In this document: in pieces, positions 1-10,641 of the stretch
Layout: each line of letters begins with the position of its first letter
Numbering within the stretch: position 1 is the first letter of the stretch
Assembly: GCA_910587425.1 (NCBI GenBank)
Contig: CAJUKU010000002.1
Coordinates: forward strand, 96,526 to 160,525
Length of the DNA: 64,000 nucleotides
Direction: 5' to 3'
From: an uncultured Muribaculaceae bacterium
Lineage (GTDB): Bacteria > Bacteroidota > Bacteroidia > Bacteroidales > Muribaculaceae
Notes under the pieces: generated by a model
Database searches by the model: none
Told to the model about the DNA's origin: nothing
What the model saw: the letters and a program-made list of their open reading frames with translations, nothing else
Translations under genes and position numbers: made by a program

Positions 1-767
1 TCATTGAAGATATCCTCAAAGTTGGGATCGAGCGATGCACCGCTGATAGCGTCGACAGCGTCGACAGCTTCCTGATAGAGGCTCTTGCCGTTCTGGAGGC
101 TCTGCGCATCGTTGGTGTATGCAGCGGCTGTCAGGCACACCTCGGAGAGGAATGCATAACCGAAGTCGCGGTCGGGAGCACCTGCGGGCTGCGATGCCGG
201 AAGATCAGGGATAGCCTCGCGGAGATCGCGGAGCACATAGCTGTAGCTCTCCTCGATGCTTGAGGTCAGAGGGATGTTGAAATCGGGATCGTCGGAGCTG
301 AGCACCTTGTCGACCCAGATGAACTTACCTGTTTTGCGGGCGAAGTCATAGTAGACCATGGCGCGCATGAGTTTGCCGAGAGCCACGTATTCAGAGCGGG
401 TCTTGTTGTCGAGCACCTCGCTCGTAGCGCACTTCTCGATGATCATGTTGCAGGCACGGATGATGCCGAAACGACCGTTGAGACCGATGTCGTAGGTGTT
501 CTCCATCAGTCCGCGCGCCTCTCCGGGGCACGCCGCACGGCAGTTTACCATATTGTTTGAGAATGTACGGTCAGTCATCGCTACGTCGCGGTAGTACGAC
601 ATTACGGTGCTGTACTTTCCCATCACGAATGCGTCGACGTTGGCGGCACTGCCCCACACAAGATCCTCGCTGTAGATGGCAGCGGGCTCTGTGGTAAGGA
701 AGTCGCTGCAGCTCTGCACGAAAAGTCCGGAGCACAACGCAAGGGGAATTATGTATTTAGCTTTCAT
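1..767 (-). CDS. SusD/RagB-family outer-membrane lipoprotein (partial, runs off left edge)
   Basis: Manually translated: MKAKYIIPLALCSGLFVQSCSDFLTTEP (lipobox Cys followed by DFL), later CNMIIEK and MRAMVYYDF. Starts 17 bp after the SusC stop. Confidence 0.9.
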   Translation of the reverse strand, partial: MKAKYIIPLALCSGLFVQSCSDFLTTEPAAIYSEDLVWGSAANVDAFVMGKYSTVMSYYRDVAMTDRTFSNNMVNCRAACPGEARGLMENTYDIGLNGRFGIIRACNMIIEKCATSEVLDNKTRSEYVALGKLMRAMVYYDFARKTGKFIWVDKVLSSDDPDFNIPLTSSIEESYSYVLRDLREAIPDLPASQPAGAPDRDFGYAFLSEVCLTAAAYTNDAQSLQNGKSLYQEAVDAVDAISGASLDPNFEDIFN

Positions 768-784
768 GTTTAGTCTTGTTTAGA

Positions 785-3700
785 TTAGAAGCCTAAGTTG
801 AGGCTGAAAGTGTAGACGCGTGACACCGGATAGTCGTAGCCGTTAGCGGATGGCGACTCAGGATCGAGACCCCATTTCTTAGCCGGGCTGAAGGTCAGCA
901 GGTTGTAGCCGGTGAAGCTGAGATAGCACTTGCTGAGCCATTTGGTGTTCTTGAGCAGTTTGTGCTTGAAATCGTAGCCCACGGTGAGGTTCTTGAGGCG
1001 GATGTAGTGCGAATCCACATACCAGAAGTCGCTCTGCACGAAGTTGTTGTTTCCGGTCATGCCGGCAGCCTGGTGAGCGCGCGGATAGAGCGAGTTGGTA
1101 TTGTCGGGAGTCCAGATATCTGTCTGGAACTCATAGATGACAGGCAGATAGTTGGAGTTACCGCCCATGAGGATAGCGTCAAGATACTTCTGATAGTTCG
1201 TGGCACCCTGCCAGAGCATGTTGAGGTTGAAGCCACGCCAGCGGATGTCGGCTGTGATACCGTAATTGGCACGGGGCGAAGATCCGACACCGTTGCGGAT
1301 CTGGTCCTCGCCGTCGATCTTACCGTCACCGTTGAAGTCCCAATACTTGAGGTCACCAGCCATCACATTGACAGAGCTGTTGCGCTTCGGGGTGTTGAGC
1401 ACATCGAGATAATCGGTGTAGTAACCGAGGTTATAGTAAGCGTTGTTGGTGTAGGAACCCACCTGGGTTGTACGTTTGTAAGGATTCTTGAGGTCTGACT
1501 CCGACTCGTTCGGGTTTATGTTCCAACGGTCATCGTAGGTTGTGAAGTTTCCGCCTACCTGGAAGATAACCTCACCCACGCGTCCGTTGTACATCAGCGA
1601 GAAGTCTAAACCGCGGCGGCGGCTCTCACCGTCTGATTTCACCATCGGGAGCGACAGACCGAGCGGTGCTGTGTAACCCACGTTTGAGGGTGATGCGAGA
1701 TAGCCTTCGGTGCTCTTGTAGAAGTAGTCGAACGATCCTGAGAGAGCGCTGTTAAATGCGGCGAAGTCAAAACCGATGTTGAAGTCGCGCTGAGTGTACC
1801 ATTTCAGGTCGGGGCTCGGGAGAGCGCCTTCGCTGAATGTCTGATACCAATTTCCGCCGAGGTATGCGCCGGTGGCACTGAGACCGTAGGAGGTAAGGTA
1901 AGCGTAGCGTGTCACGTTGTCAAGACCGATCTCACCGTATGATCCGCGGATCTTGAACTGGTTCACGTAGTCATACAGACGGCTCTCTTTCCAGAATGCC
2001 TCCTCTGACACTGCCCAACCGAGTGATCCGGAATAGAATGTGCCCCAGCGGCCTTTCTTCGGGAGGTTGTCAGTACCGTCGTGACGGAGTGAGAACTCAA
2101 CCAGATAACGGGCTGCATAGTCGTAGTGCGCGCGTGCCACAAGCGAAGCTCTGCGCCACTGGATTCCGTCCTCTGCGCCGTTGGTGGCTGTGCTGACAGG
2201 ACCTGCACCGATCTGATCTACGTCGAGCACATACTGACTGCGACCGAGCGAGTTGTTGTCGTAGGATGAGCCGGATGCCTCGATACCGAATGTGACTTCC
2301 ACATTGTGCAGACCGAAGTCGCGGCGATAGTTAGCGAGGAGCTGGGTGTTATAATAGGTGTAGAAGTTCGAAGCCTTCGAGAGCGACGGCATGGGGATTG
2401 TATTGGGTTCCCCATCCCAGCTATAGGCATGTGCCTGCATGTTCCATCTCTTCTGACGCTCGCTGAGGATAGCATAGCTGCCGATACCGGTGATGGTGAG
2501 TCCCTGTACACCGGGCACAGCCCACTGTGCGTTGAAAGTACCGCGCACATTGGTGTTGTTGAGCTTGTTGTAGCCACCTTCGCTGGAGATGTCGACAAGA
2601 GGATTGTCAACGGTGCCGCTATACGGCTGACCCATCGGGTTGGTTGCGGCTTCCATCGGCTTCTTGTTCTGGATGTGCGACCATACATAATAGTTGCTCG
2701 AGTTCGGCTCACGCAGATTGGTGATGTATGCCTCGAGACCGGTGTTGATACGGAGACCGATCTCCTTGAGGTCGACCTCAATGTTTGTGCGGGCGTTGTA
2801 ACGCTTGTAGGTGTAGGAATCCGAACGGTAGATCGACTCCTGGTCGTAATAGCTCAGAGCTGTGTAAGCTTTCACGCGCTCGCTGCCACCGGTGATGGTG
2901 AGCAGGTGACGCATCTCGGGAGCCACACTGCGCATAGCAACCTTCTGCCAGTTTGTGTCGGGGTGACCCTGGGGATCGGTGCCGTTGGCGAAGAGTGCCA
3001 GATCCTCATCTGTCCATGTGGGCTGGAGACCGTCGTAGATGTAGCCCATGTTCTGATACACGGCTGCATTGTAGGCGTTCAGCTTCTTGGGAAGATCGGC
3101 GGGCTGGCTGAGGGTGTAGTTGAACTGGTAGTCGACAGACACCTTGCCGCTCTGACCACGCTTTGTGGTGACGATAATGATACCGTTTGCCGCACGCGCA
3201 CCGTAGATAGCGGTTGCCGATGCGTCCTTGAGCACTGACATCGACTCGATGTCGGCGGGGTTCAGGTTGTCAAACTCGCGCTTTTCGCTGATGATGTTGT
3301 CGATAACGAACAGAGGTTCGCCACCACCACGGATGGAGATGCTCGAACCTGCATCAAGGCCGGTAGAGGTCTGCTGCACTATAAGACCTGCCGCACGGCC
3401 GGCGAGAGCCTGTGATACGTTAGGCACAGGCACTGCCTCGATGTCGCTCGCCTTGATCATCGTCACTGACGATGTGGTCTTGCGCTTTGAGGTCGTACCG
3501 TAACCCACAACCACAACCTCGTCAAGGTTGGTTGAAGCTTCATCAAGCTTTATCAGAAGTTCGCCGCCGGTGATGGCTACATCCTGTGTAACCATGCCGA
3601 TGAACGAGACAACGAGAGTCTTCTCATTGTCAGGAACATCAAGAGTGAACTCGCCGTCGATGTTCGTTGCAGTTCCGATTGACGGATTACTTTTGCACTT

Positions 3701-3826
3701 TACTGACACTCCGGGCAGAGGGTCATCTGTTGCCGCTTCGACTACTGTACCGTGCACTGTGCGTGCCATCGCTACTCCTGCCATAAGCGACAAGCAGGTA
3801 AGAAACAATAACAGTTTTCTTTTCAT
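785..3826 (-). CDS. SusC/RagA TonB-dependent transporter
   Basis: Signal peptide, CarboxypepD-like N-domain, LDEVVVVGYG, plug motif KDASATAIYGARAANGIIIVTTKRG, C-terminal Phe (LNLGF). Confidence 0.95.
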   Translation of the reverse strand: MKRKLLLFLTCLSLMAGVAMARTVHGTVVEAATDDPLPGVSVKCKSNPSIGTATNIDGEFTLDVPDNEKTLVVSFIGMVTQDVAITGGELLIKLDEASTNLDEVVVVGYGTTSKRKTTSSVTMIKASDIEAVPVPNVSQALAGRAAGLIVQQTSTGLDAGSSISIRGGGEPLFVIDNIISEKREFDNLNPADIESMSVLKDASATAIYGARAANGIIIVTTKRGQSGKVSVDYQFNYTLSQPADLPKKLNAYNAAVYQNMGYIYDGLQPTWTDEDLALFANGTDPQGHPDTNWQKVAMRSVAPEMRHLLTITGGSERVKAYTALSYYDQESIYRSDSYTYKRYNARTNIEVDLKEIGLRINTGLEAYITNLREPNSSNYYVWSHIQNKKPMEAATNPMGQPYSGTVDNPLVDISSEGGYNKLNNTNVRGTFNAQWAVPGVQGLTITGIGSYAILSERQKRWNMQAHAYSWDGEPNTIPMPSLSKASNFYTYYNTQLLANYRRDFGLHNVEVTFGIEASGSSYDNNSLGRSQYVLDVDQIGAGPVSTATNGAEDGIQWRRASLVARAHYDYAARYLVEFSLRHDGTDNLPKKGRWGTFYSGSLGWAVSEEAFWKESRLYDYVNQFKIRGSYGEIGLDNVTRYAYLTSYGLSATGAYLGGNWYQTFSEGALPSPDLKWYTQRDFNIGFDFAAFNSALSGSFDYFYKSTEGYLASPSNVGYTAPLGLSLPMVKSDGESRRRGLDFSLMYNGRVGEVIFQVGGNFTTYDDRWNINPNESESDLKNPYKRTTQVGSYTNNAYYNLGYYTDYLDVLNTPKRNSSVNVMAGDLKYWDFNGDGKIDGEDQIRNGVGSSPRANYGITADIRWRGFNLNMLWQGATNYQKYLDAILMGGNSNYLPVIYEFQTDIWTPDNTNSLYPRAHQAAGMTGNNNFVQSDFWYVDSHYIRLKNLTVGYDFKHKLLKNTKWLSKCYLSFTGYNLLTFSPAKKWGLDPESPSANGYDYPVSRVYTFSLNLGF

Positions 3827-3898
3827 GTCACTGTAAGTTATTAATTGATTTTAAGGTTAAGGCTGCTCTCATGTTCTAAATAAGTAAACAGACTTTTG

Positions 3899-3906
3899 CA
3901 AAATTA
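3899..3906 (-). promoter_or_regulatory. Bacteroidetes -7 promoter element for susC
   Basis: Minus strand TAATTTTG, about 70 nt upstream of the ATG; matches TAnnTTTG. Confidence 0.6.
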
Positions 3907-4031
3907 ATCAAAACTTAAGTTTTACCCCCCCCCGTTTGTTAATTATAGTTAACAGCGTGCTTTTTAACCATCATCTTAATAATAATTTCGTTAAGATTCC
4001 AAACCTGTAATACGATACCTATATATAAAAA

Positions 4032-4060
4032 CGGTGTGCCAAACGAATCTTGACACACCG
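4032..4060 (-). terminator. TGTGTC..GACACA-family hairpin terminator after the PFOR-like gene
   Basis: Minus strand cggtgtgtcaa-gattcgt-ttggcacaccg followed by TTTTT. Confidence 0.7.
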
Positions 4061-4086
4061 CTATATTAAGCCTGGGAAGGGAAAAC

Positions 4087-7000
4087 TCAGCTGTTCTTCG
4101 CCGTCGCAGCCGCCTGCAGGGTCTGATAAATACTGTAGGCGCGCCGTTCAAGCTCAGGCTGCAGAAGCGAAGCCTCGTGCGGATCCACCATCTTCAGGTC
4201 CGAGTAGCGATCCTCACCGTTTATGAACCCAATCAGCTTGCCGTCGGGTGCCGGCATGTCGACCTGCAGCGGATCAAGCCCCGCCGCGGCACGGCGCGGA
4301 TCGTAGCGGTAGAGCTGCCAGTAGCCCGAGCGTACCGCCTCCTTCTCCTCAACAATAGTGTGGCTCATTCCGACGCGGATGCCGTGGGCTATGCACGGGC
4401 AATAGGCTATCACTATCGACGGACCGGGATACTCCTCAGCCTCCTTCATAGCCGTGATCGCCTGCTGATAGTCGGCTCCGAGGGCTATCGACGCCACATA
4501 AACCGTGCCGTATGTCATCATCATACGCCCGAGATCCTTCTTGTAAGTCCGTTTGCCATCGGCGGCATATTTCATGACCGCGCTCAGCGGAGTAGCCTTC
4601 GACATCTGTCCCCCGGTGTTGGAATAGCACTCCGTATCCATCACAAGCAGATTTATGTCGATATTCTGCGCCAGCACATGATCAAGACCGGCGAAACCGA
4701 TATCATACGCCCATCCGTCGCCTCCTATAGCCCAGATGCTCTTCTTGCCGAGCAGATCGGCATCGGCAGCGATCGAACGCAGAAGCGGAGTCGCAGGATT
4801 ATCGCCTATCGCCTGCACGAGTGCCTCGCCAAGCTGCTCAGACTGTACGGCATCGTCGGCAGCCGCGATCCATGTATTTAGGGCGGTCGCAACAGTTGCC
4901 GGCGTCGCCGGATCGGCGGCAGCCTCTTTCGCGCGGCTAAGCAGCGCACTGCGCCGCGCATCGACAGCCGACGCTATTCCATAGCCATATTCCGCGTTGT
5001 CCTCAAAGAGCGAATTGCCCCAAGCCGGACCACGCCCGCGCGCATCGGTGCAGTAGGCATTGCTCGGAAAGTTTGCGCCCCAAATCGAGCTGCAACCTGT
5101 AGCGTTGGCTACTATCATCCGCTCGCCGAACAGCTGCGTGAGCAGTTTCACGTATGGAGTCTCGCCGCAACCGCCGCATGCGCCGGAGAACTGGAGCATA
5201 GGCACGTGCATCTGCGAGCCGCGCACACTGAAACGGTCGAGCGTCGTCGGCTTCACACCGACTTTCGTCCGGCAGTAGTCAAGCAACGGTTTCTGCACAT
5301 CGAGCTGCGACTGCAGCGGCTTCATAGGCAGAGCCTTCCCGGGACAGATAGTGGAGCATGACCCGCACCCGGTACAGTCTTCCGGATAGACCTGTATGCG
5401 CCATTGCAACCCCTTGAGATGCGGTCCCGACGCAGGGCGCACCGTCATGCCCGCAGGCGCGGCAGCGACCTCCGCGTCAGTAAGCAGATAGGGGCGTATG
5501 GCAGCATGGGCGCACACGAGCGAACACTCAGTGCACTCCACACACCGCGAGGCATCCCATTCAGGTATATTGATAGCTATACACCGCTTCTCATAGGCGG
5601 TCGTGCCCATTGGCATCGTCCCGTCAGGAGTGAAAGCGGAAACCGGCAGTGCATTACCCAACAATTCCAAACATGGACGAGCCACGTTCTTTATAAATGC
5701 CGGTACCGGCTCCACATCCGCCGGGGCGACATCGTCGGTACACGACGCCCATGAAGCGGGATAGCTAATCTCTTTTACCGCACTTGCGGCGGCATCGATA
5801 GCCGCGATGTTGCGGGCTACGATATCGCCACCTTCGTGCATGTATATCTTTGTCACCGTATCTTTCAACGCTGCTACGGCGGTGTCAAAATCCACCACGC
5901 CGCTGAGCTTGAAAAACACTGTCTCCATTATTGTGTTTATACGCACCCCGAGTCCGTTGGCGGCAGCAAGTGCCGTAGCGTCGATGTTGTAGAACCGCAG
6001 ATGCTTCTCCGCGATCTTACGGCGTAAAGCGGCGGGCAGTTCCCGCTCCATATCTTCGGCACTCCAGGGTGAGTTGAGCACGAAGACACCACCCTCACGG
6101 ATGCGGTCGAGCAGATGGAAACGCCGCACGTAAGTGCATTTGTTGCACCCTACATATCCGGCGTTGATAATCGAGTAGGCTGCTTCGATCGGAGAGTGCG
6201 CGAACCGCAGTTCGGATATGGTGTATCCACCCGATTTCTTTGCCGAGTAGTGGAAATAAGCCTGAGCGTACATCCCCTCCGTGGCGCCAATTATGCCTGC
6301 CGCCTGGCGTGTAGCACCCACAGTGCCGTCGGATCCCATGCCGTAGAACAGGCATTCAGCCACATCGGCGGGCACAACATCGAGCGTAGCGTCATAATCT
6401 AGCGACAGGTGCGTGACATCGTCATCGATACCGACGGTGAATCCGTGGCGAGGAGCAGCGGCTGAGAGTTCATCGAACACAGCCTTTACCATGCCCGGAC
6501 TGAACTCCTTGCTCGAAAGACCGTAGCGACCGCCCACCACCTTAATATCCCTGCCGGAACCGGCAACAGCCGACATCACGTCAAGACAAAGCGGCTCGGC
6601 GGGAGCGCCGGGCTCCTTGCTGCGGTCCATGACAGCGATACGGCTTACCGACTGTGGCAATGCCGCCATAAGCGCCTCGGAGGGGAAAGGACGGAACAGA
6701 CGCACCGTCACTACACCCACACGGTATCCGTTGGCGTTCAGGTAATCCACCGTCTGCCGCGCCACTTCAGCGCCTGATCCCATTATGACCATCACACGGT
6801 CGGCATCCTGTGCGCCATGGTAGTCGACGAGATTGTAATGCCGTCCGGTTGCCTCGCCGACCTGGCGCATCGCTTCCGCGACTATGCCGGGGAATGCGTC
6901 GTAGTAAGGATTCGCCGCCTCACGGTTCTGGAAATACACGTCGGGGTTCTGAGCCGAGCCACGCAGATCGGGATGACATGGATTCATGCCTCGGCGCCGG

Positions 7001-7635
7001 AACCGGGCGAGTGCGTCGTTATCGACCATTCCGGCAAGAGCATCATAGCCTATGGTCTCGATTGTCGATGTCTCATTGCTCGTGCGCCACCCGTCAAAGA
7101 AGTGCACCACAGGTACCGATCCCTTTATTGCCGCGAGATGAGCCACTGCGGCAAGATCCATAGTCTCCTGCACAGAAGCCGAGGCAAGAAAAGCGAAACC
7201 TGTCGAGCGGCACGCCATGATATCCTGATGATCGCCGAAGATCGAGAGCGCATGTGTGGCGAGCGAGCGTGTGCCTACATGAAACACTACCGGAAGCAGC
7301 TCGCCGGCGATCTTGAACATGTTGGGAATCATCAGCAACAACCCCTGCGATGCAGTGAATGTCGTGGCAAGCGCTCCTGCCGCAGCTGCCCCATGCGTGG
7401 CGCCAGCCGCACCCAGCTCGCTCTCCATCTCCTTCACCTCCAGAGGTGCACCCCACACATTGAGCCTGCCTTTCATCGCCCACTTGTCGGCAGTCTCGCC
7501 CATCGAAGCGATCGGGGTTATGGGATATATGGTGGCAATCTCACTAAGGGCGTATGCCACATACGCGGCGGCGGTGCATCCGTCGGTGATCACCTTGCTG
7601 CGTGTCGGGATATTGTTTTTATCGGGATCAGCCAT
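4087..7635 (-). CDS. nifJ: Divergent single-chain pyruvate:ferredoxin(flavodoxin) oxidoreductase family enzyme
   Basis: YPITP, TFTASQGLLLM, two CxxCxxCxxxC motifs, FSGACGGCGETPY, NATGCSSIWG, GGDGWAYDIG, YSNTGGQ. Start placed at MADPDK (7635) because the longer ORF start lies inside an intergenic hairpin. Confidence 0.9.
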   Translation of the reverse strand: MADPDKNNIPTRSKVITDGCTAAAYVAYALSEIATIYPITPIASMGETADKWAMKGRLNVWGAPLEVKEMESELGAAGATHGAAAAGALATTFTASQGLLLMIPNMFKIAGELLPVVFHVGTRSLATHALSIFGDHQDIMACRSTGFAFLASASVQETMDLAAVAHLAAIKGSVPVVHFFDGWRTSNETSTIETIGYDALAGMVDNDALARFRRRGMNPCHPDLRGSAQNPDVYFQNREAANPYYDAFPGIVAEAMRQVGEATGRHYNLVDYHGAQDADRVMVIMGSGAEVARQTVDYLNANGYRVGVVTVRLFRPFPSEALMAALPQSVSRIAVMDRSKEPGAPAEPLCLDVMSAVAGSGRDIKVVGGRYGLSSKEFSPGMVKAVFDELSAAAPRHGFTVGIDDDVTHLSLDYDATLDVVPADVAECLFYGMGSDGTVGATRQAAGIIGATEGMYAQAYFHYSAKKSGGYTISELRFAHSPIEAAYSIINAGYVGCNKCTYVRRFHLLDRIREGGVFVLNSPWSAEDMERELPAALRRKIAEKHLRFYNIDATALAAANGLGVRINTIMETVFFKLSGVVDFDTAVAALKDTVTKIYMHEGGDIVARNIAAIDAAASAVKEISYPASWASCTDDVAPADVEPVPAFIKNVARPCLELLGNALPVSAFTPDGTMPMGTTAYEKRCIAINIPEWDASRCVECTECSLVCAHAAIRPYLLTDAEVAAAPAGMTVRPASGPHLKGLQWRIQVYPEDCTGCGSCSTICPGKALPMKPLQSQLDVQKPLLDYCRTKVGVKPTTLDRFSVRGSQMHVPMLQFSGACGGCGETPYVKLLTQLFGERMIVANATGCSSIWGANFPSNAYCTDARGRGPAWGNSLFEDNAEYGYGIASAVDARRSALLSRAKEAAADPATPATVATALNTWIAAADDAVQSEQLGEALVQAIGDNPATPLLRSIAADADLLGKKSIWAIGGDGWAYDIGFAGLDHVLAQNIDINLLVMDTECYSNTGGQMSKATPLSAVMKYAADGKRTYKKDLGRMMMTYGTVYVASIALGADYQQAITAMKEAEEYPGPSIVIAYCPCIAHGIRVGMSHTIVEEKEAVRSGYWQLYRYDPRRAAAGLDPLQVDMPAPDGKLIGFINGEDRYSDLKMVDPHEASLLQPELERRAYSIYQTLQAAATAKNS

Positions 7636-7658
7636 GTATGGGGGATTAATGTGAGAAA

Positions 7659-7701
7659 CGCAGGGCGGCAGCACTTCGTAAACCGGTGTCACCGCCCTGC
7701 G
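7659..7701 (-). terminator. Intergenic hairpin between yfdV and the PFOR-like gene (weak U-tract)
   Basis: Stem cgcagggcgg / ccgccctgcg; followed only by tttctc on the minus strand. Confidence 0.4.
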
Positions 7702-7735
7702 CATGTTATTCTTGGATTATATCAGGGTAAAAAGA

Positions 7736-8701
7736 TCAGAAACCTTTCAGGCAGAGATCGGTGATCCATATCCAGAGCGGACAGAAACCGATGAAGAGTA
7801 TCACTGACAGTGTCAGCGAGGATGTGCCTGTGGCTACGTATGTATCGTACTCGTCGGCGATGATGATACCCGAGAATGCCGGCGGAAGAGCCGCAGCGAC
7901 AACAAGCATCTTGAGGTTCATCGGATCCATCTTGAATATGAGACCGAGAATAAGGATCACAGCCGGCATGAACACCATCTTGAGGATAGAACCGAGTACA
8001 GCCTGCCAGTTGATTGTAACCTTGATCGATGAGAGCGTGATACCTGCGGAGAATACTGCGAGCGAGGCGTTGGCACCTTTAATAAGGTCAAACGACGGGC
8101 TTGCCCATTCCGGCCATGGAATTCCGGCGACTACCCAGATCACTGCAAGGATCGGCGCCCAGGCTACAGGCTGCTCAAGAGCGTGAAGCACAGGCAGCCA
8201 TGCACTCTGCTTCTTGGTAGAGCCGGGAGCCTGCTTCTCAAGCGAGGCATTCATCAGCGAGAGTCCTACCGGAATACCTACGGCGTTGACCACGATGCTC
8301 ACGATAGCCACAACAAGCGCCACCGAAGGAGTGGTGCCGAATATAGGCTCAAGCACCGCAAACCCGAGGAAGCCGATTGTAGGCGAACCACTGATAAGAG
8401 CCGATACGGCAGCGTCGGCACCGGTGTTTTTCTTGAACATGCGGAACACATAGTAGACCACCATGAAACAGAACATGATGCCCACCAGCGAGATGAGCGA
8501 CAGTTTGATGTCGCGCGCAAGCATTTCGCGTGTCGACTGGACGATAGAGACAAACAGGGCTGCAGGGAGGGCGTAGTTGAGCACCACCTTGTTGAACTTC
8601 TTCGAGTCGTCGCCCGTGAAGATCCCCTTCTTACCGGAAAGATATCCTGCCAGCATCACCACGATGATCGGCACGATGGCATATAGGATTATATGTTCCA
8701 T
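7736..8701 (-). CDS. yfdV: AEC (auxin efflux carrier) family transporter, YfdV-like; probable oxalate/formate transporter
   Basis: FNKVVLNYALPAALFVSI, GSPTIGFLGFAVL and ALPPAFSGIIIA closely match E. coli YfdV as I recall it; same frc-oxc-yfdV order. Confidence 0.85.
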   Translation of the reverse strand: MEHIILYAIVPIIVVMLAGYLSGKKGIFTGDDSKKFNKVVLNYALPAALFVSIVQSTREMLARDIKLSLISLVGIMFCFMVVYYVFRMFKKNTGADAAVSALISGSPTIGFLGFAVLEPIFGTTPSVALVVAIVSIVVNAVGIPVGLSLMNASLEKQAPGSTKKQSAWLPVLHALEQPVAWAPILAVIWVVAGIPWPEWASPSFDLIKGANASLAVFSAGITLSSIKVTINWQAVLGSILKMVFMPAVILILGLIFKMDPMNLKMLVVAAALPPAFSGIIIADEYDTYVATGTSSLTLSVILFIGFCPLWIWITDLCLKGF

Positions 8702-8768
8702 AAATTAGACGTTGAAAGAGTGAGTAAAAAAGTTATTTTGCGGAGCCTGACAGCTTCCGTATAGATTG

Positions 8769-8804
8769 AAAAAACGGCAGCCGCAGTCTGCACGGCTGCC
8801 GTTT
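8769..8804 (-). terminator. Intrinsic terminator-like hairpin after oxc
   Basis: Stem cggcagccg / cggctgccg with A6 on the left, giving a U-tract on the minus strand. Confidence 0.65.
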
Positions 8805-8834
8805 CGTAAGAGAGTAAGTAATTATAGACAGATA

Positions 8835-10589
8835 CTATACCACTATGTCAATCAAAGGTGCTGGATTCAAGTACCCGATATGTCCGCTCTCCTTGCCGGA
8901 GTCGGCAGCAAGCTGAACATCGATCAGGCACGGTTGCTTCGAGGCGATAGCCTCGGTCAATGCCTGCGTCAGTTCCGCCGGAGTCGTGACATAATAGGTC
9001 TTTGCACCGAATGCGTCGCCGAGCTTGTCGTAGCGAGCCTTCACATCGAGGGTAGTCGGGGCTGGGTCGCCGTCCTTGCTCAGGTTCTCACCGATGCCGT
9101 TGTAAATGCCGCCGTTATTGAATATAACCACGGTGGCAGGAAGTTTGTATCTGCATATCGTGCTGAAGTCCATGCCGGAGAATCCGAATGCGCTGTCGCC
9201 CTCTATCGCCACGACGCTCTTGCCGGTCGCCACAGCAGCTCCGACGGTCGAGCCCATGCCCATGCCCATGATCGCCCATGTAGCGCAGTCCACGCGGTGG
9301 CGCGGAAGCGACATGTTGATGGTGTCGCGGGTGTCATCGAGGGTATTGGCACCTTCGTTGATGAGGATCACGTCGGGATTTGCCGCAAGCACAGGCTTTA
9401 TTGCACTCAGTGCGCTCCAGTGCGTCATCGGCTGCGCATCCTTGGCGGCGTCGAGACGGGCGGCGAACTTCGCATCCTTAGCCTTGGTCTCAGCCTGCAG
9501 TTTGGGAACCCACGTCGGGTCGGCGCTCATGGTCTTGCCTTTCATGGCTGCGAGCATAGCATCGAGCGACAGACCGAGGTCGCCCACTACCGGGGCTGCG
9601 ATCGGACGGTTGATATCTATCTCCTGGGGATCCACCTCAAGCTGTATGAACTTCGTTGTCTCGCTCCACTTGCCTTTGCCGAATGACAGCAGCCAGTTCA
9701 GACGCGCACCGAGGATCATCACTACGTCAGCCTGCTCCATGATGGTGGTGCGGCACGACAGCGCGCTCAGCGGACCGGCGTCAGGCATCAATCCCTTAGC
9801 CATCGACATCGGGAAGTACGGAATGTTGTACGTCTCGATCAGTTCCTTGATCTTGTCGTCGACCTGCGCGTAAGCGGCACCCTTGCCAAGAAGGATAGCC
9901 GGGCGCTTTGCCGCGGTGAGTATCTCCACCGCACGGCTTACGGCGTCAGCCGATGGCGCTGTGGGGCTTACAATATCGACAGGCTGATAGAACAGCTTCT
10001 CCGCATCCTCACGGTTCATGATTTCGCCGAGAGCCGGTGTCGTCATATCGATATAGACACCGCCCGGGCGTCCGCTGACGGCTGCACGGTATGCGCGGTT
10101 GACCGCCGACGGGATATCGGAAGCCTTGCTGCAACGGAAAGCCGCCTTAACAAGCGGACGAGCCGTGTTGAGCTGGTCGAGCTGTTCGTAGGTGCCTATG
10201 TTCATATCCACCATAGTGGGGTCGGAAGCACCTGAGATCTGGATCATCGGGTAGCAGTTGACCGTAGCGTTAGCCGTAGCGGTAAGTCCGTTCATGAAAC
10301 CGAGCGACGATACGGTCAGCAGCACGCCAGGCTGTTTGGTCAGGTAGCCGTGTGTAGCGGCAGCCATACCAGCCTGCTGCTCATGGCGGAAACCGATGAA
10401 ACGCACACCCTGTTCCTGTGCTATGTATGCCGCCTCGGTGACCGGAATACCTACGAGACCATACATTGTGTCGAGCCCAACGTTTTTCAATGCGCGGGCA
10501 AGTATATACATACCCGTCACCTGCTCCGGGAAGTGGGGAGCCGCAGGAGCGCCGGCGGGGGTAGCTGTGGTTGTGGTAGTTGTTGACAT
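8835..10589 (-). CDS. oxc: Oxalyl-CoA decarboxylase
   Basis: YGLVGIPVT, FRHEQ, SGRPGGVY, NEGANTLD, TPP motif GDSAFGFSGM...NNGGIY, C-terminal GKESGHI; adjacent to frc. Confidence 0.95.
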   Translation of the reverse strand: MSTTTTTTATPAGAPAAPHFPEQVTGMYILARALKNVGLDTMYGLVGIPVTEAAYIAQEQGVRFIGFRHEQQAGMAAATHGYLTKQPGVLLTVSSLGFMNGLTATANATVNCYPMIQISGASDPTMVDMNIGTYEQLDQLNTARPLVKAAFRCSKASDIPSAVNRAYRAAVSGRPGGVYIDMTTPALGEIMNREDAEKLFYQPVDIVSPTAPSADAVSRAVEILTAAKRPAILLGKGAAYAQVDDKIKELIETYNIPYFPMSMAKGLMPDAGPLSALSCRTTIMEQADVVMILGARLNWLLSFGKGKWSETTKFIQLEVDPQEIDINRPIAAPVVGDLGLSLDAMLAAMKGKTMSADPTWVPKLQAETKAKDAKFAARLDAAKDAQPMTHWSALSAIKPVLAANPDVILINEGANTLDDTRDTINMSLPRHRVDCATWAIMGMGMGSTVGAAVATGKSVVAIEGDSAFGFSGMDFSTICRYKLPATVVIFNNGGIYNGIGENLSKDGDPAPTTLDVKARYDKLGDAFGAKTYYVTTPAELTQALTEAIASKQPCLIDVQLAADSGKESGHIGYLNPAPLIDIVV

Positions 10590-10641
10590 GTTGATTCTTT
10601 AACGTTGATGAGAAAGGATTGTCTTGTTGACAACTGTTGGT

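Noticed and set aside
4032..4046. Sigma-54 promoter TTGGCAC upstream of susC
   Set aside because: No -12 element at the right spacing; the sequence is one arm of the terminator hairpin.
4087..7635. Calling the PFOR-like gene an oxalate oxidoreductase outright
   Set aside because: It is single-chain and keeps YPITP, the GxGSDG loop and YSNTGGQ of PFOR rather than the OOR-type Arg; substrate is left as an open question.
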